From a virus: a DNA stretch of 44,711 nucleotides. Below the pieces are notes generated by a model that was not told the origin of the DNA, ran no database searches, and saw nothing but the letters and a program-made list of their open reading frames with translations. Shown in pieces: positions 1-9,258 of this stretch. The stretch's first letter is position 1. Every line of letters starts with the position of its first letter. The stretch is from IMG/VR virus record IMGVR_UViG_3300044453_000072. One strand, given 5' to 3'. Both the position numbers and the translations under genes were made by a program.

Positions 1-127
1 ACAACCTGCCCTTCACGTCGGCTGACGGTACTAATCAGTACCAGCCTGTGTCTATGTGGATAAACGCTATGAGCGCCGGCCTGCAATACGCTCCGATTGG
101 GCTGATTCTATCAAACACAACCGCCGT
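1..127. repeat. Terminal direct repeat copy 1 (identical to 44585-44711)
   Basis: Base-for-base identity between the first and last 127 nt of the window. Confidence 0.95.
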
Positions 128-230
128 TCTCCCGTATGTATACGGCGGTGGAACCGAGGCGCAGTTTACTCATAGTTCATACACGGACACATCCGTGATG
201 TACATCAACGGCACTTACCTGGCGGACTGA
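1..230 (+). CDS. Tail fibre / receptor-binding protein, C-terminal part (continuation of 43948..44584 across the circular junction)
   Basis: In frame with the ORF starting at 43948 (44584/1/2 form one codon). Stop is TGA 228-230. The Gly/Thr/Ser-rich, beta-type sequence ends in ...INGTYLAD. Confidence 0.7.
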   Translation, partial: NLPFTSADGTNQYQPVSMWINAMSAGLQYAPIGLILSNTTAVLPYVYGGGTEAQFTHSSYTDTSVMYINGTYLAD

Positions 231-232
231 AA

Positions 233-1162
233 ATGAACCTTGAAAACGGCAAGATCGACTGTGCCACATCAAGCAATGCGCTTACGGTTGCGATCAAGAC
301 ATTGGCGGGAAACGATCCATCGCCGGGTGATCCGGTTGTGGTTTATGTGCGCAATCAGTCCGGCGGGATCGATGCCCTATCGCTCACCGCAGCGACAACG
401 ATTACGCTTTCAGCAGGATCATCGCTTGGGACAACCAGCGGCATCCCGTTTCGCCTCTGGCTGGTGGCGTTCAATGACGGTGGGACGGTACGGCTCAGCC
501 TAATCAACTGCCGCACGACCACCGGCATAGCGCCGCTGGACGAGGGGCTTGTCACGAGTTCGAGCGCGGAAGGCGGAAGCGGTGGCGCAGACAGCGCTGG
601 AGGTATCTACAGTTCCGTTGCCGTTTCGGACAAGCCAATTGCCATAATCGGCTACCTGGAGTTCTGGTCCGGGCAGGCATCGGCGGGACAATGGGTAGCC
701 GAGCCTGACGCATCCGTCTTGTTCGGCCCGGGGTGCCGAAAGCCGGGCGAGGTCATTCAGCCAAAGTGGGGCACTTCGACCACGCAAACCTCTGTCACGA
801 CCACCACATGGACCGACACTTCATTGTCGGTCTCGATGAACGTCCTGAACCCGTGCAATCTGATCTACGGGCACTTCTCTGCCAACATGCAGGTGCAGGA
901 CTACAGTGGACATTATGGTGCGGCGGCGGTATTCCGTTCGGGCAGTCAGATGGGCTTCTCTTCGGTCGAGAAAAACAGCGATTTGTCGGGCAATTCCATT
1001 GGCCGTGTGTTCGACACGTTCGTGGACTTTCCCGGCGCATCGGGAACCATGACCTGGACCGTCAAGGTCAAGGCCGGTACGAGCGGAAAATTCGTCAATT
1101 TTCCTTATAACGCTGGCGAGCCATCGGGCGGGACAATTCAGGTTTCGCAGGTCATGTGCTGA
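233..1162 (+). CDS. Second fibre-like / host-specificity virion protein (hypothetical)
   Basis: 309-aa ORF starting 3 nt after the fibre gene stop. It is Ser/Thr/Gly-rich and beta-rich and sits in the tail module. Confidence 0.5.
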   Translation: MNLENGKIDCATSSNALTVAIKTLAGNDPSPGDPVVVYVRNQSGGIDALSLTAATTITLSAGSSLGTTSGIPFRLWLVAFNDGGTVRLSLINCRTTTGIAPLDEGLVTSSSAEGGSGGADSAGGIYSSVAVSDKPIAIIGYLEFWSGQASAGQWVAEPDASVLFGPGCRKPGEVIQPKWGTSTTQTSVTTTTWTDTSLSVSMNVLNPCNLIYGHFSANMQVQDYSGHYGAAAVFRSGSQMGFSSVEKNSDLSGNSIGRVFDTFVDFPGASGTMTWTVKVKAGTSGKFVNFPYNAGEPSGGTIQVSQVMC

Positions 1163-1953
1163 TGCTCGCGCATCATTACGCGCCCGATGCCGGGCCGCTC
1201 CCCGATCCATTCGCATTCGAGCCGCGAACGGGCGATTTTACAACACTTACCGGGAAAACAGCGACATCTCTTGCGCTTGATCCTTCCGAAAGGACGGGCC
1301 TCTATCTGGTGATTGGCGATAGTCTGTCGTGCAACACAAGCACTACGGCCTATGCGCCAGCAAGCGGCAAGGTCGAACAGGTCAATATCTACGACCGAGC
1401 AGCTTACGAAGTCGCAGACCCGATGCTTGGAGTCTCGCTTTCGGGTGGTTCCATCTGGTCACGGCTGGGTGACGAGCTGATCGACCGAGATTATCTGGAT
1501 CGCATAATATTCGTCAATTGTGCCGGAGGTGGACTATCCAGCAGCGACTTTGTTCCAACCGGGTCACAAAGCCAACGGCTGAGGGCTGCGCTGTTCTGCA
1601 CTCGCTTGCTGGCTATGCCGGTCACGGCAGTTCTCTACGGGCACGGAACCAATGATTCAGCGGGCGATCAATGGAGCCAGTGCTTCGCCAGCATCCTTGC
1701 ATTCGTGCGCGGACACAACGTAAAGGCTCCCTTCATGGTCATGAAAGCGACATGGCAGGGGAGCGCGATCAACAGTGATATCCGAACCGCAATGGATGAC
1801 GTGGTTGACGGTATCGACGTGCTCGCCGGGCCGGATATCGATCCGCCTGTTATTGGTCTTTCTGAGCGGGAATCAGACGGTATCCATCCGAATGGAGCAG
1901 GCCAGGATCATGCGGCGTCTTTATGGGCCGATTGCATCGAGGCCGACCTCTAA
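1162..1953 (+). CDS. SGNH/GDSL-family hydrolase (putative tail-associated polysaccharide esterase/deacetylase)
   Basis: Motifs are VIGDSLS (block I), GHGTNDS (block III) and DGIHPN (block V). ATG 1162 overlaps the upstream stop as TGATG. An alternative GTG start lies at 1156. Confidence 0.75.
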   Translation: MLAHHYAPDAGPLPDPFAFEPRTGDFTTLTGKTATSLALDPSERTGLYLVIGDSLSCNTSTTAYAPASGKVEQVNIYDRAAYEVADPMLGVSLSGGSIWSRLGDELIDRDYLDRIIFVNCAGGGLSSSDFVPTGSQSQRLRAALFCTRLLAMPVTAVLYGHGTNDSAGDQWSQCFASILAFVRGHNVKAPFMVMKATWQGSAINSDIRTAMDDVVDGIDVLAGPDIDPPVIGLSERESDGIHPNGAGQDHAASLWADCIEADL

Positions 1954-2126
1954 CGGATTGCGCGGAACCACGTATATTCCTCGGCATCATCAGCCGACAT
2001 GGCTTTCCACTGCCACTCATCGACGCGAACGACATAGCGCCAATAGACGGGCACGCCCTCGCGTTCTCCGGGCTGCCACTTGGTGAGGCCGAGAAACGGA
2101 TAGACGAGAGTTCGCAGCTTTCGCAT
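1950..2126 (-). CDS. Small hypothetical protein (58 aa), antisense to the late operon
   Basis: ATG 2126 to TAG 1950 gives MRKLRTLVYPFLGLTKWQPGEREGVPVYWRYVVRVDEWQWKAMSADDAEEYTWFRAIR. It fills the 1953-2173 gap. It falls below the 60-aa cutoff of the ORF track. Confidence 0.4.
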   Translation of the reverse strand: MRKLRTLVYPFLGLTKWQPGEREGVPVYWRYVVRVDEWQWKAMSADDAEEYTWFRAIR

Positions 2127-2172
2127 TCCGCCTGAGTACCAAGCCCTTCAACATTTCGCAATCGAGAGCGGG

Positions 2173-2589
2173 ATGCACCTCCACATTGTCGAGCCTTCGG
2201 CCATTCCCGGCCAATGGGAGTGGATGCGAAGCCTATTGGCCAAGGCAATCGCGCTCGGGAAATACAGCGAAGGCGAGGTGCGCGATTATCTGATCTCCGG
2301 GCGGCTTCACGCGCTCCAATTGAGCGACGGCGGTTCCGGTCTGATCGTCTATGAAATCGGGGAGCGGGATTACGGGAAAGTCCTGTTCCTAAGCTACGTC
2401 GCCGGTTCGCTTGAAGGCGGCCCCAAGGAGCGGCTGCGCAAGTTCCGGCAGATCGAACACGCATTCATCACCGTCGCGAAACAAGAGGGCTGCGTCGAAA
2501 TGCAGGGCGGCGGGCGCAATTGGCATGAAGTGCTTGACGGCTGGGAGCCGGACGGCGGCGAAGGCATCTCACTCAGGAAGGCTATCTAG
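2173..2589 (+). CDS. Hypothetical protein (138 aa)
   Basis: Clean ORF between the esterase and the ejection-protein genes. The C-terminal ...GGGRNWHEVLDGW... loosely recalls the N4 gp49 / Sf6 gp66 family; this is from memory and unverified. Confidence 0.5.
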   Translation: MHLHIVEPSAIPGQWEWMRSLLAKAIALGKYSEGEVRDYLISGRLHALQLSDGGSGLIVYEIGERDYGKVLFLSYVAGSLEGGPKERLRKFRQIEHAFITVAKQEGCVEMQGGGRNWHEVLDGWEPDGGEGISLRKAI

Positions 2590-2590
2590 G

Positions 2591-3373
2591 ATGGCTAAGA
2601 ACAATTCTCCAACCGGGTTCACCGGAACCAAGGCCATGTCTGCGGAAGACCTCAATTCCGCCATGCGCGGCGATATTCAGGCTTCCTATCTGAAAGGCCC
2701 GACACAGACCTCATATCCCGGCCTTGGCCAGCCGATGAAGAACGCCCTAAGCGACGTTTCATCTGCTGGCATGGCCAACAAGGGCTTGCTCAATCAGGCT
2801 TTCGGCTCCAACTGGCAAATGCTCACTTCCGGCGGGCTGACGGGCGATCAGCGCGGCGCAATGGACTACACGCGTGGCGTAATGGAAGGTGGGGCATCCG
2901 ATCCCGCATTTCAGCGCCTCAAGCAGAACGCCATTGACGACACGCGAACCGCAGTCAATCGCCAGTTCGGGGCATCTGGCCGGTTCGGCTCCAGCCTTCA
3001 TGCGCAGGACGTGACGGAAGGCATTGCAAATGCCGCAGCCGGGATGGACTACCAGAACCTACAAAGACAGGACGCGGCGGCTGGCAATCTGTTCGGCATG
3101 GGCCAGACCGGACAGGCAAACATGTTCGGTGCAATCGACCGCGCCCCGGCGGCATGGGAGGGAACCCTGCTCCCCTACCAGCAGAACTTGCAGGGGCAGG
3201 CCGCGCTCGACGCGGATCGCAGGGCGGAGCTTCAATACGACCCGGCCTACGAGCATCTGCTGAAATATCAGGGGCTATTGGGCAACAACGCTGCCGGTCC
3301 GCAGCCCGCAAGACGGCCCGGTTTCCTTGACTACGCCATGCTTGGCGGCGGTCTTTTGAGCGCATTCCTGTAG
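2591..3373 (+). CDS. Virion internal / ejection protein candidate (260 aa)
   Basis: ATG 2591 lies 2 nt after the upstream stop. The protein is Gly/Ala/Gln/Asn-rich. The call rests on its position in the block of large late genes. Confidence 0.5.
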   Translation: MAKNNSPTGFTGTKAMSAEDLNSAMRGDIQASYLKGPTQTSYPGLGQPMKNALSDVSSAGMANKGLLNQAFGSNWQMLTSGGLTGDQRGAMDYTRGVMEGGASDPAFQRLKQNAIDDTRTAVNRQFGASGRFGSSLHAQDVTEGIANAAAGMDYQNLQRQDAAAGNLFGMGQTGQANMFGAIDRAPAAWEGTLLPYQQNLQGQAALDADRRAELQYDPAYEHLLKYQGLLGNNAAGPQPARRPGFLDYAMLGGGLLSAFL

Positions 3374-3385
3374 GGGAGACTGAAC

Positions 3386-4531
3386 ATGGCCGGACTCCTT
3401 TCCTCCATGCTCATGGGGCCTGCACAGCGCCTTGTTGGGCCGAATGCGATGCAGGCTGCCTCTCCTGCCGTTCAGGGCGGATTGCTGGCGCAGTTCAGAC
3501 CGGAAATGGCGCAAAGCCCGTGGTATCAGGCATTCGATAGAAACCGCGATACGCTGGTCAATACGATGCTTGGCGGCGTTGGCGCGGAATCCCCGCTTGA
3601 GCGCATGAGGGGCATGGCGCAGGGTGCCATGGCGGGCCGTGAAAATGCACGCCTACTTGAAGCCGAGCGGGCAAAGCAGCGTGAGGCCCAGCAGCAGATC
3701 AATTACACGCTACAGGCCATGCAGAAGTCGGGCCGCAATGATCTTGTGCAGGCCGTTCAGGGCGGATTGCCGATTGCGGAGGCGTGGAAGACGTTTCTCT
3801 CAAAAGACGTGGTTAAGCCGACAGACGACATGCGCGAATATGAGTTCGCGCGATCGCATGGCTTTGAAGGCTCGTTTCAGGATTGGATGGTCAGCAACCG
3901 CAAGGCTGGGGCGACAAACATCAACATGCCGGGCCAGCCGACAATCGGAACCGTCCCCCAAGGATGGGCCGCGACGCAAGACCCGCAGACCGGCGAATGG
4001 TCCATGGCACCCATCAAGGGCGGGCCGGAAGCGCAGAAGGCAGATGATCAGGCTGCCAGCGCGGAATCCAAGGACGAACAGCGCCGGACATGGAATCTGA
4101 TCGTCAATGACGAAATTGGGCGGGCGCTGAACATAATTGAAGGTGGTGGCTGGTTGCCCACGACTGGCCTTGGTTCCGATCTGGCGGCAGGTGTTGGCGG
4201 CACGGCGGCGCGCGACTTGAAGGGGTTGCTCGATACGGTCAAGGCAAACGCGGGTTTCGACCGCCTTCAGGCCATGCGTGACGCATCCCCGACAGGCGGT
4301 GCGCTCGGTCAGGTTTCGGAGCGTGAATTGGCGTTCCTCCAGTCCACCATCGGCAATCTGGAGCAGTCCCAGAGCAAGGAGCAGATCACCTACAACCTGA
4401 AACGCCTTCAGAAAATCTACCAGAACATGCTCGACGGCAAGCGCGCCTATGACGGTCTTTTGAGTGACAATGGCGCATCGGGCGGATGGCAGGATGCGGG
4501 TGATGGCATCAAGATTCGCAGGCTCGACTAA
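3386..4531 (+). CDS. Virion internal / ejection protein candidate (381 aa)
   Basis: Long ORF with a Gln/Ala-rich coiled segment, tightly packed with its neighbours. Confidence 0.5.
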   Translation: MAGLLSSMLMGPAQRLVGPNAMQAASPAVQGGLLAQFRPEMAQSPWYQAFDRNRDTLVNTMLGGVGAESPLERMRGMAQGAMAGRENARLLEAERAKQREAQQQINYTLQAMQKSGRNDLVQAVQGGLPIAEAWKTFLSKDVVKPTDDMREYEFARSHGFEGSFQDWMVSNRKAGATNINMPGQPTIGTVPQGWAATQDPQTGEWSMAPIKGGPEAQKADDQAASAESKDEQRRTWNLIVNDEIGRALNIIEGGGWLPTTGLGSDLAAGVGGTAARDLKGLLDTVKANAGFDRLQAMRDASPTGGALGQVSERELAFLQSTIGNLEQSQSKEQITYNLKRLQKIYQNMLDGKRAYDGLLSDNGASGGWQDAGDGIKIRRLD

Positions 4532-6051
4532 TGCCGAAATTCGAGATTGAGACACCGCAGGGCCGCTTTGAGGTCGAAGCGCCGGACGAACAGTCCGCGA
4601 TTCAGGCCGTGAAGCGGATGGACGCCGCGCCTGCTAACTCAGGCGAGTATCAGGGCGGTGCATTCCGTGCGGCTACCGAAGGCTCACAAGCTGGCCTCAT
4701 GTTCGGTTTTGACGACGAGATCGGCGCTGGCATGATGGCCCCGATCCATGCCGGTATCGACTATTTCAAGGGTGAGGGGTTTTCGATCCCGAAGGCCTAC
4801 ACTCGCCTTCAGCGGCAGCTTGACGCGCGCAAGGCGGCCCGGAGAGAAGAACACCCCGTGGCGTCCATTGCGGGTGAGATTGCGGGCGGCCTTGCCGGTG
4901 GCGGCACATTGGCCAAATCCGGCGCTACGCTTGTCGGGCGAACCGTTCCCGGCCTTTCACAAGCCGCGCCACGCGCAACACAGGTCGGCTTGGCTGGTGC
5001 GGAGGGTGCCACCTATGGCGCGGCATACGGGGCAGGAGAGGCGAAGCCCGGCGAACGCGCCAAGGGAGCGGCCACCGGCGCTTTGATCGGCGGATTGACC
5101 GGCGCGGCTACCCAGATGATCGGCAATGCGATTTCGACGCATCTCGCCAAGAAGGCGGGCAAGGCCGCAGCCCCGATGGCCGACGATCTGAAGGACGCAG
5201 CCAGCCAGCTCTATCGCCAGTCGGAAGCCGAAGGTGTCGTTCTCAAATCCCCGGCGATCAAGAAGCTGGGCGCGAACATGAAAATGGCGGCGGGGAGGAT
5301 CAATGCGAACCTCCGCCCGCGCACCGCAGGCTATGTCGATGAGATCGACAGCATGTTCAGCGGCACGATGACGCTGGAACAATTCGATGAATTCCGCCAG
5401 GTTCTCGGCAAGGAAATCTCCCGCGCCTCTCCCGACGATGCCCGAACCCTCATGTCGATGAAGCGAATGGTGGACAACTTCGCGGATAATCTGAAGCCCG
5501 GCGATATGACAGGCGGCATGAAGGGCGTGGAATATCTGAAGCAGGCCCGCGAAATGTGGGGCCACGCCAAGAAATCGCAGATGATCGAGGAAATCCTTGA
5601 TTTGGCGGACGTGAAGGGGACGGGCAACTACACGCAGGCCGGTCTTGCGAAAGCCATCACGAACAAGATGGACGGCCTCTATCAGCGTATCGTGAAAGGC
5701 AAGGTCAAGGGCTTCTCACCGGAGGAAGTCGCGCTTATCCGACAGATGGCGAAGGGCGGGTCGGATTCGGCGATTATCAACCTGCTGGCCAAGTTCGCAC
5801 CGCGCGGCGTCGTCAGCTTCGGCATGGGCCAGTTTGTCGGGTCAGCCATTCCGGGCGGGCAGGTATTGCTTCCAATGGCCGGTTCGGCGGCGGCTGGCAT
5901 GCGGGACCGTTCGATGCTTCAGGCGACCGAATTGCTCAGGGCATCGGCTGCTGGCGCTCCAATGGTCGGACCTCAAATCACCAGAAAGACAGCGCCTTTC
6001 ATCGGCGGCGCTACCGCAGGAAGTACGGAAGTTCCCCGGTTGCTACGATAG
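4531..6051 (+). CDS. Gly/Ala-rich internal virion protein with glycine-zipper-like hydrophobic segments (506 aa)
   Basis: The start overlaps the upstream stop (TAATG). It contains GxxxG-rich stretches (IAGEIAGGLAGGG, GALIGGLTGAA) typical of ejection or tape-like proteins. Confidence 0.55.
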   Translation: MPKFEIETPQGRFEVEAPDEQSAIQAVKRMDAAPANSGEYQGGAFRAATEGSQAGLMFGFDDEIGAGMMAPIHAGIDYFKGEGFSIPKAYTRLQRQLDARKAARREEHPVASIAGEIAGGLAGGGTLAKSGATLVGRTVPGLSQAAPRATQVGLAGAEGATYGAAYGAGEAKPGERAKGAATGALIGGLTGAATQMIGNAISTHLAKKAGKAAAPMADDLKDAASQLYRQSEAEGVVLKSPAIKKLGANMKMAAGRINANLRPRTAGYVDEIDSMFSGTMTLEQFDEFRQVLGKEISRASPDDARTLMSMKRMVDNFADNLKPGDMTGGMKGVEYLKQAREMWGHAKKSQMIEEILDLADVKGTGNYTQAGLAKAITNKMDGLYQRIVKGKVKGFSPEEVALIRQMAKGGSDSAIINLLAKFAPRGVVSFGMGQFVGSAIPGGQVLLPMAGSAAAGMRDRSMLQATELLRASAAGAPMVGPQITRKTAPFIGGATAGSTEVPRLLR

Positions 6052-6199
6052 AGGCGATGGTGCCGATGGCGAAGCTGACCGGGAACATTATCAGGAAATA
6101 GAGGCCGTTAACCCCAAGGACGGGTTCACGCTTTTTCTCATGCGACCACTCGGATTCGTGAAGGTCGATGAGGGGCGGGCGTTTGTCTTTGGGAGTCAC
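6011..6199 (-). CDS. Small membrane protein (62 aa), antisense cassette gene 2
   Basis: GTG start 6199 overlaps the upstream stop as GTGA. One hydrophobic helix is present (GLYFLIMFPVSFAIGTIASIVA). Confidence 0.4.
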   Translation of the reverse strand: MTPKDKRPPLIDLHESEWSHEKKREPVLGVNGLYFLIMFPVSFAIGTIASIVATGELPYFLR

Positions 6200-6447
6200 T
6201 GCCAGCAGTAGTCCAGAGCGAAGCGGCGGGCGTATTCGTCCAGCATCACTTCGATTTTTTCGCCGCTGACAACATAGACGGCTCGGTCGCCGATTTTCAC
6301 GGAATCGGCATCCTTCGGCTTTGCTTCACAGACTTCCGCGACTGCGTAATCGGCCCGGTATTCGTCATTGAGAAGAAACGGTTCTGTCTGCGGCGCTCCC
6401 GAAGGGCCAAGCGCGGCGGCAAGCAGAATGGCAGCGATCGTGTTCAT
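6196..6447 (-). CDS. Small secreted protein (83 aa), antisense cassette gene 1
   Basis: ATG 6447 gives MNTIAAILLAAALGPSGAPQ..., a signal-peptide-like N-terminus. The longer start at 6483 is TTG. Confidence 0.5.
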   Translation of the reverse strand: MNTIAAILLAAALGPSGAPQTEPFLLNDEYRADYAVAEVCEAKPKDADSVKIGDRAVYVVSGEKIEVMLDEYARRFALDYCWQ

Positions 6448-6458
6448 GAAGGTAAGAT

Positions 6459-8045
6459 ATGGCGACGATTGACCTGACTTCAAGTGATATCGACTATATC
6501 GGGCGTGTCGTTGCGACGGAAGTCCCCGGATATCTCGCCTACACCAATCCGCAAGCCTACCGCGACATGGTTGGTGCGGTGGTGGATACCGTGCTCAACC
6601 GCGTGGAAACAGGACGCTTTGGCGATACGGTCGAGGACGTTCTAAACCAGGACCGCGCTTTCTCGAAGATCACCGGCCCGTCGCGCCTCGACCCATACGG
6701 TTCGATAGAAGATACACCGAAGGCATCGGCGCGTGTCCAGCAGGAGGTCAACGAACATATCGCAAGCCGAGCGCGCGGCAAGCAGTCCAAGATCAACGGC
6801 GCGGTCAACTACGCCAACCCACTCTATTCAGACCAGAAGAATCTGACGGGCTGGATTGAGCCCATGATCGAGGCAGGCGCCCAGCGGTTCGGGTACGGCA
6901 AGGCACAGCACTACCACGGCAACGCGCCGGGACAGAGGCCGGCGGGTTTCTACAATGTCACGACGCCCGTGGGGTTCATGCCGCCCGTCGAGTTCGACCA
7001 ACTCCTTAATACGCCAATGGTGCCGTCAAGAGCGCCGCCTACCATGGCGGCACCGTTTGGCGTTGTCGAACGTGCGCCTCTTTCATCCGTGGAGGACGTG
7101 GCAAAGGCAAAAGCCTATGGCGACTATGCCCGTTCGCGCACCATGTCCCCCGACAGGCCGGACAACCACAACTATGGCGGGCCGAAGCTGACGCCAGAAC
7201 AGGATTACTTCGGGCCAAGGGCCAGCATCCCAACTGCCAGTGGCCCTATCAACATTGAATCGACTGGACGGGTGCGTACAGGCGTCGGCGTTAGCGGTCG
7301 CGGGGCGCTTTCCATTGCGCCGCCAGCAATCGACCAAACAAGGGTACAGTCCGTTCCGGGCCGCCAGTCGAACCTCATGGCCCCGCCGACGATCGATACG
7401 ATGACGCGGCAGCAGGCTAACGAGATTGCCAATGCATCTCAAGGGCGTCGCGGGCCAAGTCTTGCCGGGATAGACCCGCAAAGCATGGCCGCGCCGATGA
7501 CGGGATTCGAAGAAAGCATTCCCGCTGTCCCGGCCCCCGGCTTTCCCGAACCTCCGCCCGCGCCGGGCCGCACAGCCAGAACCGAGGCTGCCAAGGGTGC
7601 TGTTCTCGGTGGTTTGAAGGGCGGCATCCCCGGCGCGATCCTTGGCGCTATCATGGCTCCCGGCATGGCGCAGATCAGGGGCAATATCGCGTCTAACCGT
7701 GTCGGCATCGGGCAGAGGATCAATCCGCTTACAGGCATTCTCGGGGCTTATCGGGGTATGCTGGGCCCGCGGGGTGGTGGTTCAATATTCAGCGGCATCC
7801 CTGCGCCCAACTACAGCGCAACACCGTATTCTGTTGGCTCTGGGTATGGTGCAATCGGGAGCGTGTTCGGCGCGCCCGCCGGGGCCACGGCCTATTCCCG
7901 GTCGAACCCCTCTGTTTCCTTTACCAGCCTCGGTAATGGCTATGTGAGCCGGGCCAACAGGGACTACGGCACAACGCAAACGCTTGCTCCCGGTGACTAT
8001 GATGCCGGGATGTTCAGTGGCCGTTCCGACAGGAGCAAGAAATAA
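6459..8045 (+). CDS. Internal virion protein with N-terminal SleB-like cell-wall hydrolase domain and a long Pro/Gly-rich tail (528 aa)
   Basis: The N-terminus ...GRVVATEV...AVVDTVLNRV..FGDTVEDVLNQDRAFS...NYANP matches the Hydrolase_2/SleB signature. The remainder is low-complexity P/G/A/S. Confidence 0.75.
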   Translation: MATIDLTSSDIDYIGRVVATEVPGYLAYTNPQAYRDMVGAVVDTVLNRVETGRFGDTVEDVLNQDRAFSKITGPSRLDPYGSIEDTPKASARVQQEVNEHIASRARGKQSKINGAVNYANPLYSDQKNLTGWIEPMIEAGAQRFGYGKAQHYHGNAPGQRPAGFYNVTTPVGFMPPVEFDQLLNTPMVPSRAPPTMAAPFGVVERAPLSSVEDVAKAKAYGDYARSRTMSPDRPDNHNYGGPKLTPEQDYFGPRASIPTASGPINIESTGRVRTGVGVSGRGALSIAPPAIDQTRVQSVPGRQSNLMAPPTIDTMTRQQANEIANASQGRRGPSLAGIDPQSMAAPMTGFEESIPAVPAPGFPEPPPAPGRTARTEAAKGAVLGGLKGGIPGAILGAIMAPGMAQIRGNIASNRVGIGQRINPLTGILGAYRGMLGPRGGGSIFSGIPAPNYSATPYSVGSGYGAIGSVFGAPAGATAYSRSNPSVSFTSLGNGYVSRANRDYGTTQTLAPGDYDAGMFSGRSDRSKK

Positions 8046-8527
8046 TGCGATGGCAAGGTAGACGGCAGTCAACGAATGTTGAGATGGCACCGGGGCCAAC
8101 GAGGCTAACAGCTGCCGTTGATGCCGCATTGCGCGATATAGCGATGGATCGAGCAAGAAACGCGCAATCAATGCGCGGTATGAACTCGGTCGGTCTATTT
8201 GCGCCGGGGCCAATCGCCAGTCTGCCGCCAGACCCTATCACAGGTGCAATGAACTACGCCCGGATGAACGTGCCGGGGAATTACCGCGATACGATCGGTC
8301 ATCTTGTCGGCAGGCGGGAAAGTCTGGCACCGCAGGGCGGGCTGGCCCCGAAGGGGGCGTATGGCGCGGGCCTCCTGTCTCCCAACCCCAACGGCACTTA
8401 TGGGATGTTGGGCGGTCAGGGATTGCTCTCTGCACCGTCTGTTCCTGGCGGGTTTCTTGGCGGCTTGTTCAGTGGCCTTTTTGGCGGTCGCGACAGCGGC
8501 AAATCCGACAAATCCAAATCCAAATAG
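8045..8527 (+). CDS. Gly-rich hypothetical virion protein (160 aa)
   Basis: The start overlaps the upstream stop as TAATG. The C-terminus is GGFLGGLFSGLFGGRDSGKSDKSKSK. Confidence 0.5.
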   Translation: MRWQGRRQSTNVEMAPGPTRLTAAVDAALRDIAMDRARNAQSMRGMNSVGLFAPGPIASLPPDPITGAMNYARMNVPGNYRDTIGHLVGRRESLAPQGGLAPKGAYGAGLLSPNPNGTYGMLGGQGLLSAPSVPGGFLGGLFSGLFGGRDSGKSDKSKSK

Positions 8528-8560
8528 CCACTCTGCCGGAAACGGCGGAAGGAGATGACA

Positions 8561-9226
8561 ATGAACAATCTTGACCGATGGAAGCGCGCCAAGTTCACGC
8601 GGTCCACGACCATTGAAGCGCGGGCCGCGAAAATCAGAGCCAATCGCGTTCGCTACGAGGCAGTGTCCGCCAAGACCGGCGTCCCATGGGATGTCATCGC
8701 GGTCATCCACTACCGGGAGTCGTCCGGAAGCTTCGCGGGTGTTCTGCACAACGGACAGAAGATCATCGGCACGGGCAAGAAAACAACGCTGGTTCCGAAA
8801 GGGCGGGGACCGTTCACGTCATGGGAGCAGGCAGCAATCGACGCGCTGATAAACTGCCATCCATACGCAGGCAAGAACAAGGATTGGTCACTCGCCAACA
8901 CGCTCGACCTGCTTGAACGATACAATGGTCTTGGCTACCGCAAAAAGGGTGTTCCGTCACCCTATCTCTGGGCCGGAACTGACCAATACGTCAGGGGCAA
9001 GTACGTCGCCGACGGCAAGTACGATCCGAACCACGTCGATAGGCAGCTTGGCGTTGCTGCGCTTCTGATCGCGCTGCGCGGGCAGGGCGTCGAGAAACAG
9101 CCCGGCAAGCCGGCCTCCCCGGTTTCAACACCACCAGTGTCAAAGCAGCCCGAAGTGGTGAAACCAAGGACGGGGATTCTATCGATCATCCTGTCTGCGT
9201 TCTTTGCGTTTTTTGCAAGGAAGTGA
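8561..9226 (+). CDS. Lysozyme-family protein / endolysin candidate with C-terminal hydrophobic anchor
   Basis: GGAAGGAG lies 6 nt upstream of ATG 8561 (alternative ATG 8555). Motifs are IHYRESS, ERYNGLGY and SPYLWAGT; from memory these fit the COG5526 lysozyme family. The C-terminus is GILSIILSAFFAFFARK. Confidence 0.55.
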   Translation: MNNLDRWKRAKFTRSTTIEARAAKIRANRVRYEAVSAKTGVPWDVIAVIHYRESSGSFAGVLHNGQKIIGTGKKTTLVPKGRGPFTSWEQAAIDALINCHPYAGKNKDWSLANTLDLLERYNGLGYRKKGVPSPYLWAGTDQYVRGKYVADGKYDPNHVDRQLGVAALLIALRGQGVEKQPGKPASPVSTPPVSKQPEVVKPRTGILSIILSAFFAFFARK

Positions 9227-9258
9227 GGCGGGTCAGAATCAGCATGTAGGAGCAACCT

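Noticed and set aside
1-127. 127-bp repeat as true phage direct terminal repeats or as an LTR-like mobile element boundary
   Set aside because: The repeat lies within a continuous ORF that reads through the junction, and the packaging genes are of the headful type. An assembly overlap is the simpler explanation, although read-level data would be needed to exclude real repeats.
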